Positions 1-12,417 of a stretch of DNA of 64,000 nt are shown here, one piece after another. Position 1 is the stretch's first letter; each line of letters starts with the position of its first letter. Made by a program: the position numbers and the translations under genes. The notes below the pieces were generated by a model, which saw nothing but the letters and a program-made list of their open reading frames with translations, was not told the DNA's origin and ran no database searches. The stretch is taken from positions 20,276,001 through 20,340,000 of the forward strand of contig CM052818.1 in the NCBI GenBank assembly GCA_028534125.1, given 5' to 3'. Origin of the DNA: Lama glama (lineage: Eukaryota).

Positions 1-2509
1 ACCCACTCTACAAGAACCAACCTGTTGGGCTATTAGTGCCCTGGCTTGGCAGCCCCAAATGTAACCATGTTGCTTACATTTGCCCTGCTGTTTGCACAGA
101 TTAACTTGCCTTAAACAATTTTTAATCATATTAAACAGGCACTTCACTTAGATACAATGGAGACACATACAACGTGATTTTGATTCACAGTGCATTTTGC
201 TATGGCAGTAATCATATATGGAATGGACTTTGATTTTTACGCTTCTCTAATCCTAATGTGAATTAGGAATGGCTCATTGTCATAGGCTGAAGCATTTGCT
301 TTTCTCAGAGGGTCCTTACTTATGCACCTACTAAGTATCTTTGCACTGTTCTTTTTTTTTAATGTATATATTTATTGGCATGTGTGAACCTAGAAGGGAA
401 TTACTCAAAGACACTAAAAAGTGGAAAAATTCGATCAGTCAATTATATTTGGCTACATGAAGTCAATGACTAATTCATTTCCCTTCTGATGATGCAAAGT
501 TAACCATATCCAGGAAATTGACACTCCTTCCCCCCACCCCCAGCCCTGCACAGTAAGAGCCAACCTCTGGTCCAATATGCCAACTTCAGAAAAGGTTCCT
601 CTGTTCTAGGTAAATTAATTCTCGTAAACACAGAACGTTAATTTTAAATCCAGTCATTGTGACCTAAAATGTTCCCCCAAAGTCACTGTTCTATTCACTT
701 ACTGGCTGATTCCAAAAAACTTTCTAGAGGAGCACCGTATATCAGAAACCAAACAATCCTCTTCATCAAACCTATGATGAGGACTGTGCCAACTTTTCCT
801 TTCTATCAGGGTTTGGATTACTGAGTTCTACAGAATGCAGGAACTGTGGTACAGGCCATCAATTCATCTTCCCAAATGCTCTTTCCACAGACATTTTTAC
901 TAATATTTAGATAAGTATATATGCAAATCAATTAAACTCCAATTTTCTAAAGTTTATGTGTATAAATATGACTAGAGCATGGTGGTGAAAAAGAATTTGA
1001 GAAATCGCCACAGAGAGAAAGTATTGGGCAATCAGTAGCTAAAGTAGGCAAGCCAAATAATTACCAAAGTGTCTCATTCATGCTCCAGTCAGATAGTCCA
1101 AGTGAGACATCCTTTTTTCCAGAAAAGATTTAACTGTGTCTAGGAGGTTCTTTTCAAACTTCACCATATTTACCAATTCAGTGGAGGCTGCTAATGAAGA
1201 AATATTTTTAACTACTCAGGACCACCTGACATTATATAAACATGTAACACAACCATCCTTATCATTCACCACATAGACTATGGAAAGCTCTTTGTCAGAC
1301 AGAGTGGAAGATCAGAGATAGAAGACTTGCTCCTGGTCCTTAAAGAGTTTGTAGTGTGTTGAAGTTAGATCAATGAGTGAGGGGTTGGGCACCAAGAATA
1401 TGATCTATTTCTTCTACCCAGAAGCCCTAATGTAAATGGAGAACCATGGATCTACAGTCATTTTCTAAGACAAGTAGGGATTTCCAGTTGGGAAATGAAC
1501 ATAGAATAACTGAGCAGTATCAAGGGTACTGATCAAATAAGGTTTCACTTGATTCTATTAATGTTAGTGGGTTACAGCAAACTATTCTTTGAGGAAATTC
1601 CTTCTAGCTGGTTGTCTATTCATATTCCTTATGATGTCTCAGAAGGCAGTAACACCACTCTAAGTAGAAGTAAGAACAGTGTCCACTGCTTGATGCTAAC
1701 ATCTGTTCATTTACAAGCAAACATTTAGAAATCACTTTTCTAACTTGGAAGACTTGGTGAAATGGCTTGACCACTGTCAGGTGCTTGAACTCAGCCATGC
1801 TTTGAGTTTGCTTCCCCTTCAATCAGTATGTGTTTCATACACATTTGTTTCTTCATTCATTGCTGGCAACTTGATTTCTTTGTGCTTGGAAAGGCCTACC
1901 TTACTACCAAACACCTAAGAGGATAGAAGGGGACCAAGATACAATATAACGTAAAACCAATACATTTGATCTATGTGATACAGCAGAACTCTTCAGGGTT
2001 CTAGACAATGAGGAGAGAAATTATTCATTCTCCTAACAGAAGTAATTCCTTGCTTTTTGTGCTTTTGACTTCCCCCCAATTCTTTTATCCTCATTATCTC
2101 ACTGAACCTTATTCTAGCCTCATTACCTCCCAGTAACTGTTCCACAATTGGAGGTAATAGTTTAAGACACTGAAGTGTGTGACTTGCTTATCTTTTTACT
2201 CTGAGTTTCCTCTGAGTAGTGTGTAGACAAAAAGGAGGGGGGCCTCAAGTGTTTTCCTTTGTGAAGCTTTTCCTTTCCTTGTATTTGCACGTTTTTGCTA
2301 GTGAACTTGAGTAAACTTATTTCTTAAAGTTTAAACATACATTCCAGAGAGAAGTTGCAGCATCTGACCATTGGGCAGTAAATACTGCCCCACTGACCAA
2401 TGGCAAGGTAGTCTGGCAAAGTTTTCTAGAATCTGAACTCAATTCTAGAGGAAAAATAATTTGGCTTCACTAGCTCTTCTAAGTATAACGGAGACAAACG
2501 CTCGTTGGC

Positions 2510-2750
2510 CCAGTGCTAAAGAAAACAGATTATGTTGCCAGACATAGCCAGGTTCCAATTCTGCTCCCTTACTTCCCGGTTCTCGAAACTTCTAGCTTTC
2601 AGTTACAACGTGAAGACTCAGTTTCTTCATCTGTAAAATGGGTGCATTACTATCTACCTCATAGGCTGTGTTCCTGAGGGTTAGATGAGAGAACAGATGG
2701 AAAACACTTATTGTCAGGCACAATTTAACCCTTCAATAATTATTCCTAAT
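2510..2750 (+). mobile_element. MIR SINE
   Basis: MIR core ctcagtttcttcatctgtaaaatggg...tacctcatagg. Confidence 0.85.
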
Positions 2751-2859
2751 GATTTTCAAAGTGAGGAGCTTCATGTATCACCTCAGACTTGGGCAAGATG
2801 AGAGGGGTGCAACCAGGGCTACTTAGGGAATTTCACCACTAATGGTCAGTGTCAAACAT

Positions 2860-3046
2860 ATGGTCAGAATGGTGATTACCCCTGGGGTGGGGATGGTGCT
2901 GACTGAAGGGGCACTAGCCTGCTGAGGTGCTAGAAATAGTCTATATCTTGATCTGGGTTACATGGGTGCATATTTGTGTACAAATTTGTTAATATCTAAG
3001 AACTGTGTGCTTTACTGCAGGCCTATTATATCTCAATAAGAAAAAG
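2860..3046 (+). mobile_element. Ancient L1M (L1MC/ME-like) 3' end
   Basis: ctatatcttgatctgggt...tattatatctcaataagaaaaag is typical of old L1 3' UTR ends. Confidence 0.75.
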
Positions 3047-3126
3047 AAAGAAGGGAGGGAGGGAGGAAGACAGAAAGGGAGGAAAAGATGGAGGGAGGGA
3101 AGAAAGAAGGGGGAAGAAAGAAAAAT
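3037..3126 (+). repeat. Polypurine GA-rich low-complexity tract, grown from an L1 tail
   Basis: About 90 bp almost purely A/G, with GGGA and GAAA units. Confidence 0.9.
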
Positions 3127-4485
3127 GGGGGACAAGCATAAATGATGCTTCCTGCCTGTGGTCTACTTTGCTCTTTTTAAGCTATTCACAAACCCATTTC
3201 AGGAGAGGCCTGGTCATCAAGTGAACTGCTTGGCCAAAAAGAATATTACTATATTTTCTCCATGTTTCCAAGGTATCCATGAGCATCATTTTTGGTATAT
3301 GTTTAGGTCTATGAGGCCACGGTTTTCAGTCCGAATGTGTCTACTGTGCTAAATGCCCAGTGCCATACAATCCTAGTACTGAAATTGGTGAGCCTGATCA
3401 TCACTCCAGAATTTCCCATCGACAAATCAGTCAACATTTTTCTATCCATCCCCTACAAGCCCAGCACCCTTCCAGGCACTATAAATTTCCCGTAAGAATC
3501 TACACCACCTCAGAGCCCACTATGTCGTGCAGTACAGACTGGGCAGGTATCTGCAGGCACCCACCCATGGGTGTCAAAGACATGGCGTGCATGCACTGGG
3601 CACTCTGGTGTCAGAGAGAACGGACCCAGGAGACATCTCTTAAAGTGCAGGGTCAGGCCTGTCTCAGGGCATGGGGAGGGTGTCTTGTCCCACTGATCTC
3701 ATGCCATAAAATGTTCAAGACAGCCTGGTCTCGAGAGGCCATAAACGATGCAATGTCTACTTTATGATGGGTGCATCGAGGTGGAAATGAGAATTGTCTG
3801 CCTGTGTATTCTTAATCCTTTTAATCCTAAGAACACCAAACCATTACTGGCATAAACCTCCCCATAAGAGACACTGAAAGGTTGGGGTAACATTAAGGTG
3901 CTCTGGTTAGATCGAGTTGTGATGGTAAAATGAGTTCTTTTAATTTGCTTTGTTTGCAACAAAATTTATCTGGAGAGGAGTGGTTTTAGTTTGGAAAGGG
4001 ATCCAAGCAGTTCAAAAGGATCAGGCTACACGCTCTTGTGACATATCCAGAAGGATCCCAGAGGTGGGAAATTGATCTTAATACATTCATAGGACAAGAG
4101 GATCATATTTAGACTATTCTAGTTTTTACAGTATGGACAGATTAAATATCTTTCTTGATTTAATATTTACCAAAAACAAAAGAAAATAAACCAACAACTT
4201 TTGATTTTTCAAACATGGGTGGTACCCTTTGAAAGAAAATTCAGTATGATCTAAGAAGTTAAACTGTAGAATCTTGTCAAGTGGAGAAAAGGAAAGGAAA
4301 TGCCTTCCTCTGTCTTCAAAAGGGTTCAAAAAACCTGATCTGATTTCTTCTGAGTCTGAAAAGCCTGCATTCTGGCTGTTCTCCACCTAAGATGCATAAA
4401 CCTTACTAGCCAAAACAAGGGTCCAGTTAACTCATGACCTCTCCAAGCCTTTAGAGCTGCAGTTACAAAATGTCAGAGCTCAGGC

Positions 4486-4696
4486 AGGGTTTTTCAATCC
4501 TGACACTTCTGACATCTCAGCTTGGACAACTTGTTGTGCAGGCGGTCCTGCGCACTGTAGGATATTAGCAGCACCCTCGGCCCCCACCCACTGGATGCCA
4601 GCAGTAGGGCCCCCTCTCCAGATGCAATAACCAAAAATGTCTCCGGACACTGCCAAGTGTCCCCTGGGGGCAGAATCACCAGCTGAGAACAACTTG
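4486..4696 (-). mobile_element. MER20 hAT-Charlie non-autonomous DNA transposon, near full length
   Basis: caaaaatgtctccggacactgccaagtgtcccctgggggcagaatcacc...gagaac matches the reverse complement of the MER20 consensus along its length. Confidence 0.92.
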
Positions 4697-7169
4697 CCAG
4701 AGGAACACTGAAGATCGCCTGGTCTAATGTCATCAGAGGTGACAAAATTATGTCCAATGACAGTGTTCAGAACCTGAGTTCAGTGCTTTTCTCCCTAAAC
4801 GGTGCTGCCACTTAAGAATCCAATTATCTTTTTTGCGTGAACTCCATGCTAAGGAACTGAGATTCCTAAGTCTATTGTCTAGAATGACAACATCTCTTGG
4901 AGCCTCCGGAACAAAGGCACCTCATGGCTCTACCCGTAGATCACAGCATCTCCTGGGAGGCACCCCATGGTCTCCCATCCACAAACTCCCATGGGACCCC
5001 TGACTGAAAGCCAGAGGAACCCACAAATTCCCTGGTGGCATTTTAAAACACACTGTAACAGACTTCACCTGTTCGATCCAAATTCCAGCAACAGACATTG
5101 AGAATCTTGAAGCCAAAATTAAGATACGTTCAACGAATTCCACTAATAGACTGGGAGGGGGTGTTTTTTATTAGCTCCAAGTTGGTGAGAATTTAGCTCT
5201 CTTTATCTGCTGCTAGAACACTGTGTCTCTTAGTCCTCTGGTTCAGAAGGTCTCATTACAGAAGTCTTCAACTTGCTACAAGGTGATGGTTTCTGGGAAG
5301 AGAAATAGCTGGAAACAGTGCTACCTCTCCTAGCACTAATGTAAACCACACTACAAAACCAGGCACTATGCTAAAAACTAAACTCATCCTGTTCAGGCTA
5401 GAGAGATTAGAAATTGGAGGAAATTCAGAAAACATGAGCCCTCAGGGCTGATAAGCCATATTTAGGACCATCTGAATATATTTTGTACTTACAGGGGTTT
5501 TATTTATGATAAGAATTTGAATGTCTTCTTTGCCACCCCACCACCCTTCACTTATAAACATTAAGTGACATCATTTAGCTAGAGTAAAGAAAGCCCTGAA
5601 AAGAACTAATAGGCCAAGTTATTTCTACCATTTAGGAAAGGGGAAAAAAAGAGGCAAAACAAAACCAAACCTAACAAACCCTGTTTTTTTTCTCCTTCAC
5701 AAAAATAACAGAAGGAAAGCTGCTACTGTAATCAGCAGTGATTGCAGGCATTTCCTGTATTTTTATATCAAGCTGGCTTTTTTTTTTTTCCATTACATAC
5801 CCAGTGAACTCCAGTTAGGTCAAGATGAGGGAAAAACAGGACTAATTATGCCTCTAAACCCGCAAATCTGCCTACTTAGCCCTGCTAATTTTATTGTGTC
5901 GACTCTGAGGAACGAGTGAAAGGAAAACTTCCATTCACTCTCCTCCTCCAGTCCTGCCCCGTGTCATTTCCAGCACCCCAAGAAGGAACTCTTGCTCCAT
6001 TTGTCCCAGGCTGAGATTCAATCAGGTTGTTGGAATGAGACGGTCAACAATCTGCTTTCTCAGGAGTTCCCAGGCCCACAGGGGGTCAATGCTCCAGGTC
6101 TACATTTGGACAGGTTATTGCCTGAACTTCCAGGTCCCACAGTTACTCTTACCCATCACTAGGGATCTTCATTCTTATGTTTTATCCCCAACAAGAGCAA
6201 GAAGGTCTTCTTCCCTATGCCTCACCTTCCATTTCTTTGGCTTTAAGTCAGTTTCCTCTTGCTTTGTCTTCTGTGGTTGTAAGACTGCATTAGGAGCTTC
6301 CTTAGTGATGTCAGCTACCATGTAGTTATAGTCAAACAGCCCTACCTCCATTTTTCTTTCCTGTTACTTCAAGGCTTTCCATGAATGAAGGTGGACTCTA
6401 CTGTGTCTCTGCCATTTTCCCCCCTAACTTTAAATAGCTTATAATATGATATCATACTGGTTTTTGCAGTTAACACAGGTTTTTCACAGCTGCCATTCTC
6501 TCTTTCAAATCTTCTGAAGAGCTGCAAAAACCTTTACCAACCTGAGATCATTCCAAAAAGTGAGAAGATCCTTGGTCAGCCTGGGGCACTATCTCTTTCC
6601 CCACCCTGTCCCACAACTCCCCACGTGCCCACTCTCCTTTGTTGGTGGAATTTCAGGTAGGTTTTCTTCTTGGCGATGCTTCTCTTCCCCAAGTTAAACT
6701 AATTACTTCATCGCCTTAAGCGACGAGACCACAGAGGAGTCTCTCCCGTTGACAATTCCACAAAAGTGTCCAAGGTGATTATTCAGGACACTTTCCTCTA
6801 AGCTGTACATATAAAGTTACTTGACTCTCTGACAGTTTATCCTTCAATTATCCATGCTACTTAACACTTTATCTCATTGTTCATATTAATTCCATTATCT
6901 GATGTAATAGTCAGTTTCACAGACTATTAGGGCTGGGGTGGACCTTTGAGGTAAATAAATGCCCTGCTGGAACAGTTTTCACAGGATTAAGGATTAGAAA
7001 TGTTTTCCTAGCTTTTCTGCAGTTACCTCAGATGACCCCACTCTTCAAATGTAAGAGTACATCCAAGTCAAAACCTGACATATTTAGAATCAACCCTGCA
7101 ACCAAGCGGCTAATACTGATAACTTACCACATAACCTGGCTCCACATTAGGGTGTTATTATTGAATAAT

Positions 7170-7350
7170 AACAACGATAAACAATTACTAAGTCCTTCGT
7201 ATATATTTTTCAAGCATTACTTCATTTAATACTCACAATAATCATATGCTATCCCAAGATTTAAATGAGGAAACTGAAGGTCAGAAGGAAAGAAAAACTG
7301 GCCAGCATGCAGAGCCCAGATCCCACCATCCCAGGTGTGTCTGGCTCACA
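7170..7350 (-). mobile_element. MIR SINE
   Basis: tcatttaatactcacaata...aatgaggaaactgaagg. Confidence 0.8.
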
Positions 7351-8299
7351 GGTGTGTAATCGCCCAGCCACGCTGCTGCTCGCTGGGTTCCCTGGAAGTT
7401 ACTGACGAAAGTCCAGAGGCTGCTGCTTCTGCCCACTCGCTTTCTGGACCTCAGGGAGAATGTCTTTCAGAACCCATCATTTCACAGCCACTCAAAAAAG
7501 TCAGGGCTTTGCCTTCACGGGCACATACTATTTTTGCTACAAAAATGATTTTCAGAAATCAGATTTACCTCCCAAGGAGGACTATTAGACACAACAGAGA
7601 CTATTCAAAGTAAAACCTAGAGAGGAGTATAAAAATATTCCAAGTCAAAGCCGTATTTTTGCCCTGAGAAGAAAGTCTCCCAGGAGGGCTCTCTGAAAGG
7701 ATCATTTGGATGTGTCAACTCTGCTATGTTTGCTTTAAAAAAAAAAAAAAGAAAAAAAGTCAGTCTATTTCCTTATGGCAGAATTGAGAAACTCCCAGTC
7801 CCTGTGCCTTCACATGCTTTCTGGAAGAGCTAATCTGGCAGGATTCTATAGTCCTTTTTGATAGTTCATTGGTTTTTTTTTTTTAACTTTCCTTCAAACA
7901 TTAAATTGAGTTCTTAGCTAATAAAGATAAAATCCTTTGTTTCATGTTCTTTCTTCTATGAAATTTGACCCATAATTTTCTTTACTGCTGGCTTCCTTTT
8001 AAGCAATAGCAAGAAAAACCACCATAGAATTCTTTAGATTCTCCAAGTGAAAGGTCTTTCTGTTACCCACAGTTTTATCCATCCCCCTCTCCAAACCTAG
8101 CTACTGAAGTACATCCTCATTTGCTATTCTTTCTCCTTCCTCTGATTTTAGTATAGGATATCTGTGTTTACTAAATTAGTTTTTGTGATGATTCAATTAT
8201 TGTTACTGGCCAACCACAGGGCAGAGTGGGGACAGCATATGGGCCATACACTTGGCTAGCAGACATGTGAAGATGGTGGGGTTGGTATCATTATTAGCA

Positions 8300-8518
8300 T
8301 AGGTATCATTATCCCATCAGTTAAATGGCTCACTTGGTTTCTTTTTTTGTTGGTTATATTCATTTGTTTGCTTTATTTTTTAGATTCCACATATAAGTGA
8401 TAATACACAGTATCTGTCTTTCTCTATCTAACTTATTTCACTAAGTATAATACTGTCCAGGTCTATCCATGTTGTTGTCAATGGCAAGATTTCATTTTTT
8501 ATGGCTGAGGAGTATTCC

Positions 8519-8573
<55 letters not shown>

Positions 8574-8710
8574 CACATCTTCTTTATCTATCCATTCATC
8601 TGTTGATGGACACGTAGGCTGCTTCCATATCTTGCCTACTGTAAATAACACTGCTATGAACACTGGGGGGTGCATGTATTTTTTCATATTAGTGTTTTCG
8701 TTTTCTTCCA
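8300..8710 (-). mobile_element. L1 fragment (ORF2 C-terminus / start of 3' UTR)
   Basis: Minus-strand translation PVFIAVLFTVGKIWKQPTCPSTDEWI resembles L1 ORF2 PMFIAALFTIAKTWKQPKCPSTDEWI; tagattccacatataagtga is present. Confidence 0.93.
8521..8571. repeat. (TG)25 microsatellite
   Basis: Perfect dinucleotide run inside the L1. Confidence 0.99.
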
Positions 8711-11354
8711 CTTGGATTCTGTTAAAAGCAGACTGGGATGGGGGCTGGGAGAACACCATCAGAATATCCAAGCCTTCTTATTTCATAATTGTTTCAAAGT
8801 GTCAACAGCACCAGTTCACCAGCAGCCCGCCAATCTCCATTCACATTTTTCACCATCATTCTATTTTATTTGAAACTAGGATGAAAACATCCAGGCCACA
8901 GTTACTAAGCTGCTTATTACTCTGGATGTTTTAGATTAGAATCCTGAGACTTCTCCTGTGGGTTGTAGTTGTCAAGCTGCTCATATACACGTGTGCTTAC
9001 TGTTCTCTAAGAAGTTCTAAGAAGTCAGTCTCATTTGATCTTCTCTATCTGCAGGAATGTACCCACCTGCCAAACAGAGAAATCCTCCTTGAAGCAGGCT
9101 TACCTCATACACAGCCCTGTGTTGGGCACCTTGGAGGACCCAAGAGGAAAAGAGCTCATGCTCCCTAACAAGACTAACAAAAGCAAAATATTTTGAGAAT
9201 GAGCAAGCACTACATCCCTACCCACATTCTGAAATCCCATAAGCTACTAGGCAAAGAAATGCTCATTCACCTCTTGAGGGAATCTCACCCCAATCCTCCT
9301 GCCCCTAATATGATAAAACAAGCTGTTCCTCTCTGTAACTTTAGGCTTTTGGTTCCTAGTAATAAGGAATTTTGTTTATCTTACACTGAAGAGAAAAACA
9401 AAGATAAAAGAAAAGAAGGTAAACGATGGGAAAACTCTTTGAGCTACATTCCCCAGGGTACCCCCTGTGATGGGGTGCTCATTACAGAGAGGCAAAGGAG
9501 CCTGTGTCTGATTCCAAGCAGGTTCTAAATATAGTTCTGTATCTTGCTTCCATCAAAAACACGGATTTATAATTCAGAAAAATACACAAATAGAATTCGG
9601 TAGCTTTGAAGCAAGCACTGATATACACATAGATATCTCCCAAATCTGGCCTCATGCACACAAAGATATGTCTCTTATCAATGGCCAGTACCATGTTGTA
9701 CACAAAACAAATGTGCCTTTGACAATAAAGGGCCCCCATTGGAGAATTCCATGGCACCTGCAGGGAAGTAGGCTTCTGGACTCCTTATACCCCTCAGTTT
9801 ACTCTTCCAGCTATGTGCTCAGCAGCTCAAGTCTCTGGACAAGACACACCAGGTGGACAATTTTCACTGGGATTTGGGGCCTAATGAGATGTGCATTTCT
9901 TTGTGCAAAAAATAAGTTAGGTTTTGAAGCTGTCACCAGTAGCAATCACCTCCACTACCTCACAGGAAGCTGGAAAGGATGGGAAGTAGTGTCTGGGAAA
10001 AGGCCCTATCTGGCCTTACAAGGTTGGGGGGCAAAAGTCCAAAGTAACTGCTTTGGGTAGTTGATAACTTATGAAATAATACTCCCCTAACCCTTTATCC
10101 TAGTATAGCCTTCCAGTCCTTAGGACTGAGGCTTGAGTTCCACTGTGGTCCAGGAGGGACATAGGATGGAGAAATTCTCCAGGAGTGTAATTCAGGACAG
10201 GTTGGAAGCCCTTGTGGAAATGTCCCTGCCTTTCCTCAGCAGCCCAGGCCAATGGGACAGGATTTCCAGGATCTTCTAGAACACACAATGTTGGGAAATG
10301 GAATTCCTAAGTATATGTTATAAGGCCTGAAATCCTTTTCCTCCAAATCCTGCCCTTTTCTTAGTTTAAGTAGTCCAGATAATTGCTCTAATTCATCCTA
10401 TTTTTTCAAACTCACATCAGTATATCACAAAATTCTCTCTGAATCATAAAGGGTCTCTCCTGAGGTTAAGAGTTTTAGATTTTTCTAGAAGCTTTGGAAT
10501 CCAGAAAGGTGATATTGTTTCCAGCCATGTTAGCCAGGTAATGCCCAACCTCTGGAAGGTTGCAGCCTTGACTCAGAAGAATCATGAACAAAGTCCCCTG
10601 ACCACAGAAAACTAAGACAAACACAAAAATCTCCTATAGGTGGCCTAGCTCTGCCCATGTTTAGTTCAATGCTGCCTGACATACCCGCCACCTCCGTGAA
10701 ACGGAGACAAGTGCTATAGGATTCTTCTGTGAATGTAGTTCTCCCACTCAGCTGGGTCCAAAGGCCCAGGCTTGTAGTTGTTCAGACACTGAAAATATGT
10801 CCTAGGAGTGAAGAAAGAGTCAGTGATTCATTATCATTAAATCAAAACTAGATTCAGGAGACAAAAATATAAAAGAAAAATAAATAAGGAAGCAAAGGAA
10901 AATGAGTAGCTAGTAGCATTTAGAATTCTTGAGGAGAAAATTGCAGAGATGTAGCACAATCATCCACCTGGGGTCTCCACAACAGACAGGGTCAATGAAT
11001 ACGTAGCTGATGTTCCATCAGGATTCACTGCTTTATGACGGATGTGAGGAGGCTGGCTACGGTCATGTTGCCCCTGCTGCCTGCATCAGTTGGGAGTCCC
11101 TTTTTATCCTCGAGCTGACCCTCTCCAGGGCTGAGAGGGAACCCCCATGTGAGGCTAGGAAGAAGCCCTGCCCCCTTTCCCCACTGCCAAATTCACCTGG
11201 AGAGATTTGTCCCTACGGTTCAAGGCATTTCTCCTGCTAATGTTTAAATCCTTCTATGCACCCATCAGGTCCTGCCTAGAGTTTCCCAGCTCAAAAACGG
11301 ATACTGAGGAAAGTAAGTATCTTATTTAGAGGAGATAGGATGACAACTGAAAAT

Positions 11355-11545
11355 AATAATACCTATGATTTGAGCATCTGCTAGGTCATGACCATATTCT
11401 GCAAAGGAGGTATTAATATAAACATTTTACAAGTGAGGAAACTGAGACTTAGGTTAAGAAAGTCCTTGAGGTTACACATCTGTAAGTGATGAGTATGAAA
11501 TTCAAACATGGGGTTGTCTGACTGCAGAGTTCTGTGTTTAACTGT
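11355..11545 (-). mobile_element. MIR SINE
   Basis: cattttacaagtgaggaaactgagacttaggttaag. Confidence 0.85.
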
Positions 11546-11835
11546 AGACTATAGAACAAACAGATCAAGAGAACATATTTGCAGTAAGTGACCACAAAAA
11601 AACCCTAGTTCAGAACCATATGCCTATGTATTTAGGGTAATTAATCTCAACTGTGATGTAGAAACTGAAGTGTCTAAGTCAGCTGTGAGATCATAAAGTA
11701 ATTGGGTAGGACTAATACAGTAATTATGGTAATGGTTAATATCTAGTGCTCACTGTAATACCAAATACTGTGCTAAGTACTTTGATGCATAGCCCTATTT
11801 AAGCCCTACAACCTCCTTGTGTGGGGGTACTATGA

Positions 11836-11925
11836 CCATGGTTCATACATTCTAGAACACACTTTTTTTTTTTAATTTTAACAATTTTGAAGTTAAAATG
11901 CATCTTACAATTACAATTGGCAATT
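11836..11925. mobile_element. MER104-like TcMar DNA transposon fragment following a MIR half
   Basis: ttcatacattctagaacacacttttt...ttttaacaattttgaagttaaaatgcatcttacaat resembles the remembered MER104 end. Confidence 0.5.
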
Positions 11926-11947
11926 TTTCTTTTTAGTAAAAAAAAAG

Positions 11948-12410
11948 CAGCAGAAGAAGAGTAGGGGAAGGGAATAAAGAATAAATGTAATGAGTGAAAA
12001 CAGTTACAAAAATGGTAGATATAATCTAATTATATAATCACTTTTCATGTGAATGGTCTAAATACATCAATTAAAAGACAGATTGTCAGAGTGGATTAAG
12101 AAACAACAAACAAGATTCAACTATATGTTGTCTACTAGAAACACACTTTAAATATTAAAGATTCAGGCAGATTAAAAGCAAAAGGATAGAAAAAGAAATA
12201 CCATGCTGACACTAATCAAAAGAATGCTACCTATATTACTTTCAGACAAAACAGACTTCACAATAAGGAAAGTTATCAGGAATAAAGAGGTACATTACAT
12301 AATGATAAAATGGTCAATTCTTCAAGATGACCTAAAAAATCCTAAGCAGGTATGTAGCTAACAACAGAGAATCAAAACGTATAGAGGCCAAAACTGCTAG
12401 AACTCAAAAA
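11948..12410 (+). mobile_element. Old L1M inter-ORF region plus ORF2 endonuclease fragment (host element, part 1)
   Basis: tcacttttcatgtgaatggtctaaatacatcaattaaaagacag (ITLNVNGLN..IKR), ctatatgttgtctactagaaacacac (ICCLQETH), tacattacataatgataaaa (GHYIMIK). Confidence 0.9.
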
Positions 12411-12417
12411 ACAACTG

